64,000 nt of DNA, from positions 13,020,001 through 13,084,000 of the forward strand of contig OZ076420.1 of assembly GCA_964187785.1 (NCBI GenBank). Direction: 5' to 3'. This DNA comes from Amphiscolops sp. MND2022 (Eukaryota). The notes below the pieces were generated by a model. It was not told the origin of the DNA. It worked only from the letters and a program-made list of their open reading frames with translations, and ran no database searches. Positions 60,601-64,000 of this stretch are shown in pieces; the first letter of the stretch is position 1; each line of letters opens with the position of its first letter. Both the position numbers and the translations under genes were made by a program.

Positions 60601-61381
60601 ACGCAAAATTCTATGAGCTATGTCACCACGATTAATCTACAGCAAAAGATATGAAGTCCGAGAGCTTCACTCCCTTTCTCACGTGGAACTCAATCAGACT
60701 ATACGTTTTCAACAGTACGTTGCCTATGTTGCTTATATTATTGCATTAAAATTTTTTGCAATTTATGTTAGCGTTCCGATTCATTGCTCGGTGCTATTTG
60801 CTGGTGCTAGCAAATCCCCTTTAGTTTCTTAGTTGTGTTTAGTTACTCCTCTTTATTACCGAAAGTAAAGAAACCAAGAAACAATAAAACAAAAATTGAA
60901 AAAAAACTAATTGGAATTCATAATCTTTTCGCTTGAGTCATAAGTTTAGAGTGAAAGAGGGTCTCACAAAAGACAATTTTACTCGGAAAGGAACTGTTTT
61001 TACGGCAACTGCTCTCAAAAAAGCTTTTCTTCAGCCGAGCAGTCAGACGCTCCGAGCTTCGGAAAAGATATTTAAAAAACGTCACTCGTTAACAAGAAAT
61101 TTTATCATATAACGGTCACATAAAATATTCTCAACGTCGAAACCGAAAAGAAGTTTAATATGCCTAAGTTGCTCACGATACGCAACATCAAATCATTGCA
61201 GTGTAGCAAGTTGTATAAGAGTGATTAATTTTGTTTTCTTATCAAACGAATCCCGCATGGATTCTGACATGGTGACCAGAATAACGAGGATGTTCGATCA
61301 ATGATGATCACGACCTGGTCTCCCTCTACCCCACTGCCCACTACCCACTTGACGAGGACGTCAAGCATCAACCCCGGGGAG

Positions 61382-62090
61382 TGATATAATGATGGCCTAT
61401 CGTCGATAGACAAACTCTGATTAATTCTGAAGAATTTGTTCAAAGACAGAGCAGGTAACTGAAATTTGGTAATTTCAAGCATATTCCTCTAAAAGACTAA
61501 GTGTCTTTAAAAAAGACCTGCCAGCCAAGTTGAAAAGGCCCAGAACAACACAGAAGAAAAGAGAGACCCGCAAAAAGTAGAACAAAAGACCGCGTATCGA
61601 GAGAGTATAGAAACGAACTCAAACTCGCTAATTGTACAGGCTCTTTTCACCGTCACTTCCATTAGCACGTTGCTAGTAATTGTTGCAAATACTTAAAATG
61701 CGTCTCGTAGTTGCATCAAGCATCCTTTAACCGTCATCTTGCCATGTGAAATACCGATAAAATACCCATTTTCCGAAATGTTTAGCTCGTGAGCTACTAT
61801 ATTCGGCATATCCTGGCTCGGGAATTCTTTATCACCACCTCAATTTTTAAAGGCTGTCTGAGTGATAAGTTTGACAAAAAAGCGTAATCTGCACTATGGA
61901 TAGAATTTTACAGACTGGAAAATGACAGCGAGTGCTCCACACGAGGCGGAATCCTTCTCTGACGGGATGATTTTTACCCGAAGGAGGCAAAATGGATCTA
62001 TGGTTATGGGATTCTATCCCGGGCAAACACCCATGCCGTAGGTTCCTCCGGCTCTATGGCGAATTGACGACTTGGTGAGAGCTTGTTACA
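61382..62090 (+). repeat. Right LTR (about 709 bp)
   Basis: Homologous to 55663-56407. Confidence 0.85.
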
Positions 62091-62825
62091 GTCGACCGTT
62101 TGAAGTAACAGGTTGCTCCGCTTTTTGTTCAAGGAGTAACACAATTGTAAAAACTGTCAAAAATCAACATCCCCGAAAGTCAAAGTGCCCTTCAAACTTG
62201 TGACCTTGGTCACTTTGTGACATTTTTTTCAAAAGCAAAATGTCACCTTTTCCAAAATGTTTTTGAGACAAATAAGATTTCTGAGAACTGAAACAGACAA
62301 TTTCATTCACCTTTCGTAAGCCCGTGTGACGATCTCGAGCTTCGAGACTCTGTTTGGCTGTTTGAAACCAAGTTCAACTGGACTACACCCAGGGATGAAA
62401 ATTGAGTTAACTTTCTTGGAACAACATCTTGCATTTTTGCGACAAATGCTGCAATATATATCATTTTAATCACCGTTTTCCAAACTACCAATTTTAAATT
62501 GAAGAAACGACTTGATTTGAAAGTGTATGACAATAACCGGTTAACCCCGTAATCATTTTGCTACTGTTCGGAGAAGGAGCTACGCTATCAATTTTTCTAG
62601 GTTCGAGAATAAAACAACGCTATAATCTGAAATTCAGGATGTGATAGATTAGTTGGTACCGTTAAAATAGGTACGTAGACTAAGCCGCCGTTGTTGAAGT
62701 GGTTTTTGTTGTCATTCACATTTTTTAAGCTTTTCTGCTGAAACTCTTGGCAAGATCTTACAAGAACGTACATGTTTTTGGCGCTCTTGTTAAAAATATT
62801 GTGAAAATTCTTACAAAGGTTGTAA

Positions 62826-64000
62826 AGAAAATGCCACATTCTCATCAAACGTTTCAAGAATTTTCACACCGGTGACCAATGCGATCTCTACTTTTTGATC
62901 TTGTGCAGAAATGCAAAAGTTGCATAAACTAGAAATATATAAAAGTTTATAAAACTCTTGGAATGTTTTGGATCTCCATTATATCTCAGTAGAAAATGAA
63001 CAATATTATGAACAATTAGAAAATGCTTAGTGATGGTTGGTAAGTTTATGACTTGTCTTAGATTAAAAATATAAACTTGCAATTTTGTTTTTGAATTTTC
63101 GTCCCTGATTTATCCCAGAGCCTTATGTGCTGCAGAGAGTCTGGCGTCTGTCATGCCAACGTGGTGTGTTCGAATGAATGTCCTCAATTTGCAGCAGGTT
63201 TGTCGGGCTTTCAGAGCAATTTTCACTTATTTTTTTTTCCATTTTTGGCATTTTTCCATTTTGGAGATTTCTTGTGAATAATTTCCGTTATATTCAAACA
63301 TTTGAACCTTGTTACGGCTTTGATGACTTCAAAATGGTGTAAAGTGACGATGCCCAGTGAAAAGAATTTTTCATCATGATTGTTTCACTGAACGATAAAT
63401 CTCAGAAAACACATATTTTGTAGGAAAAAGCCCTGCGCACTTCGATGTGCGAAACAGTACAGCGGGAAAATGTGCTTTGTGTTTGTGTGTAGGTTTTCTT
63501 ATTCCTCTATTTCTCAGAAGTTTTTTAGCCCGGAAGTTTCAAAATTTTGCGTTGTCACCATTGAAAATCTCTTGAAAAACCTCTGTATTTTATACCCTTG
63601 CTTCTCGACTTCCAGTCCTGGCCTCATTGCAAAAATCAGCACGTTTCTATTTTTAAAAGTGGCTTTTTTGGAATAAATTCGGTCGAAGTCACCTGAAAAT
63701 CTTCAAAATCTACAGAATGTCAAAATGTTTCCAATTTTTTTTCTATTTTCCGCTTTCACTTTTTTGTCAAATCATACATCTTCGCTTTTTGAAAATTTGC
63801 AGTTGAATTACATATCGCTTCCTGAGGCCTTTGTGGGGAGCAGACTTATGCTTGTTTTTCATATTTTAAAAAACTATCTTAAGTGTTTGAAACAACTTTT
63901 CTGCTTCTTGAAAACCCAACATTTTGTTCTCAAAGCAACAAAACGTCCAACAGACAGCAGCGTTGGAACTGTTGAGACGGAAGCACAATTTGCGGATTTC
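62826..64000 (+). pseudogene. GT32 paralogue B, downstream exons (about 62826-62893, 63094-63197, 63936 to window end), apparently disrupted
   Basis: YPRALCAAESLASVMPTWCVRMNVLNLQQ and QQNVQQTAALELLRRKHNLRI match paralogue A. There is a 1-nt deletion and a lost donor near 62875-62895, and the acceptor at 63093 reads TG instead of AG. Confidence 0.8.

Larger units (their letters stand above)
55663..62090 (+). mobile_element. Non-autonomous LTR element with no recognisable pol and an unknown cargo ORF
   Basis: Diverged direct repeats 55663-56407 and 61382-62090 with TG...CA ends. TGGAGACA follows the left repeat (PBS-like); AACCCCGGGGAG precedes the right repeat (PPT-like). Confidence 0.8.

Overview
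Eukaryotic, AT-rich, TE-dense DNA, probably an animal genome. It has GT-AG spliced genes and one 200-N scaffold gap; I saw no prokaryotic operons, rRNA or CRISPR. Host genes: a DEG/ENaC channel gene (16850-22589,+); two tandem GT32 alpha-1,4-glycosyltransferase paralogues (A 24770-45081,+; B 54920 to beyond 64000,+, apparently broken); an alpha-carbonic anhydrase pseudogene (-); and an orphan trypsin-like terminal exon. The main feature is a young 15.4-kb Ty3/Gypsy retrotransposon (25643-41088, - strand, 1199-bp near-identical LTRs, GGAAT TSD) in intron 1 of GT32-A. Besides gag-pol it carries a roughly 4.4-kb antisense, intron-containing gene. By eye this gene resembles a hAT DNA transposase that kept a BED-like zinc finger and lost its catalytic motifs. 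Gag starts about 110 codons inside the LTR. A second LTR element lacking recognisable pol (55663-62090) sits in intron 1 of GT32-B. It carries a different unknown cargo ORF and is flanked by a ~180-bp duplication instead of a TSD. The rest is older Gypsy and LINE debris, Helentron-like and TIR non-autonomous elements, and a tRNA-derived SINE-like head. All family calls come from motifs read by eye; no searches were run.
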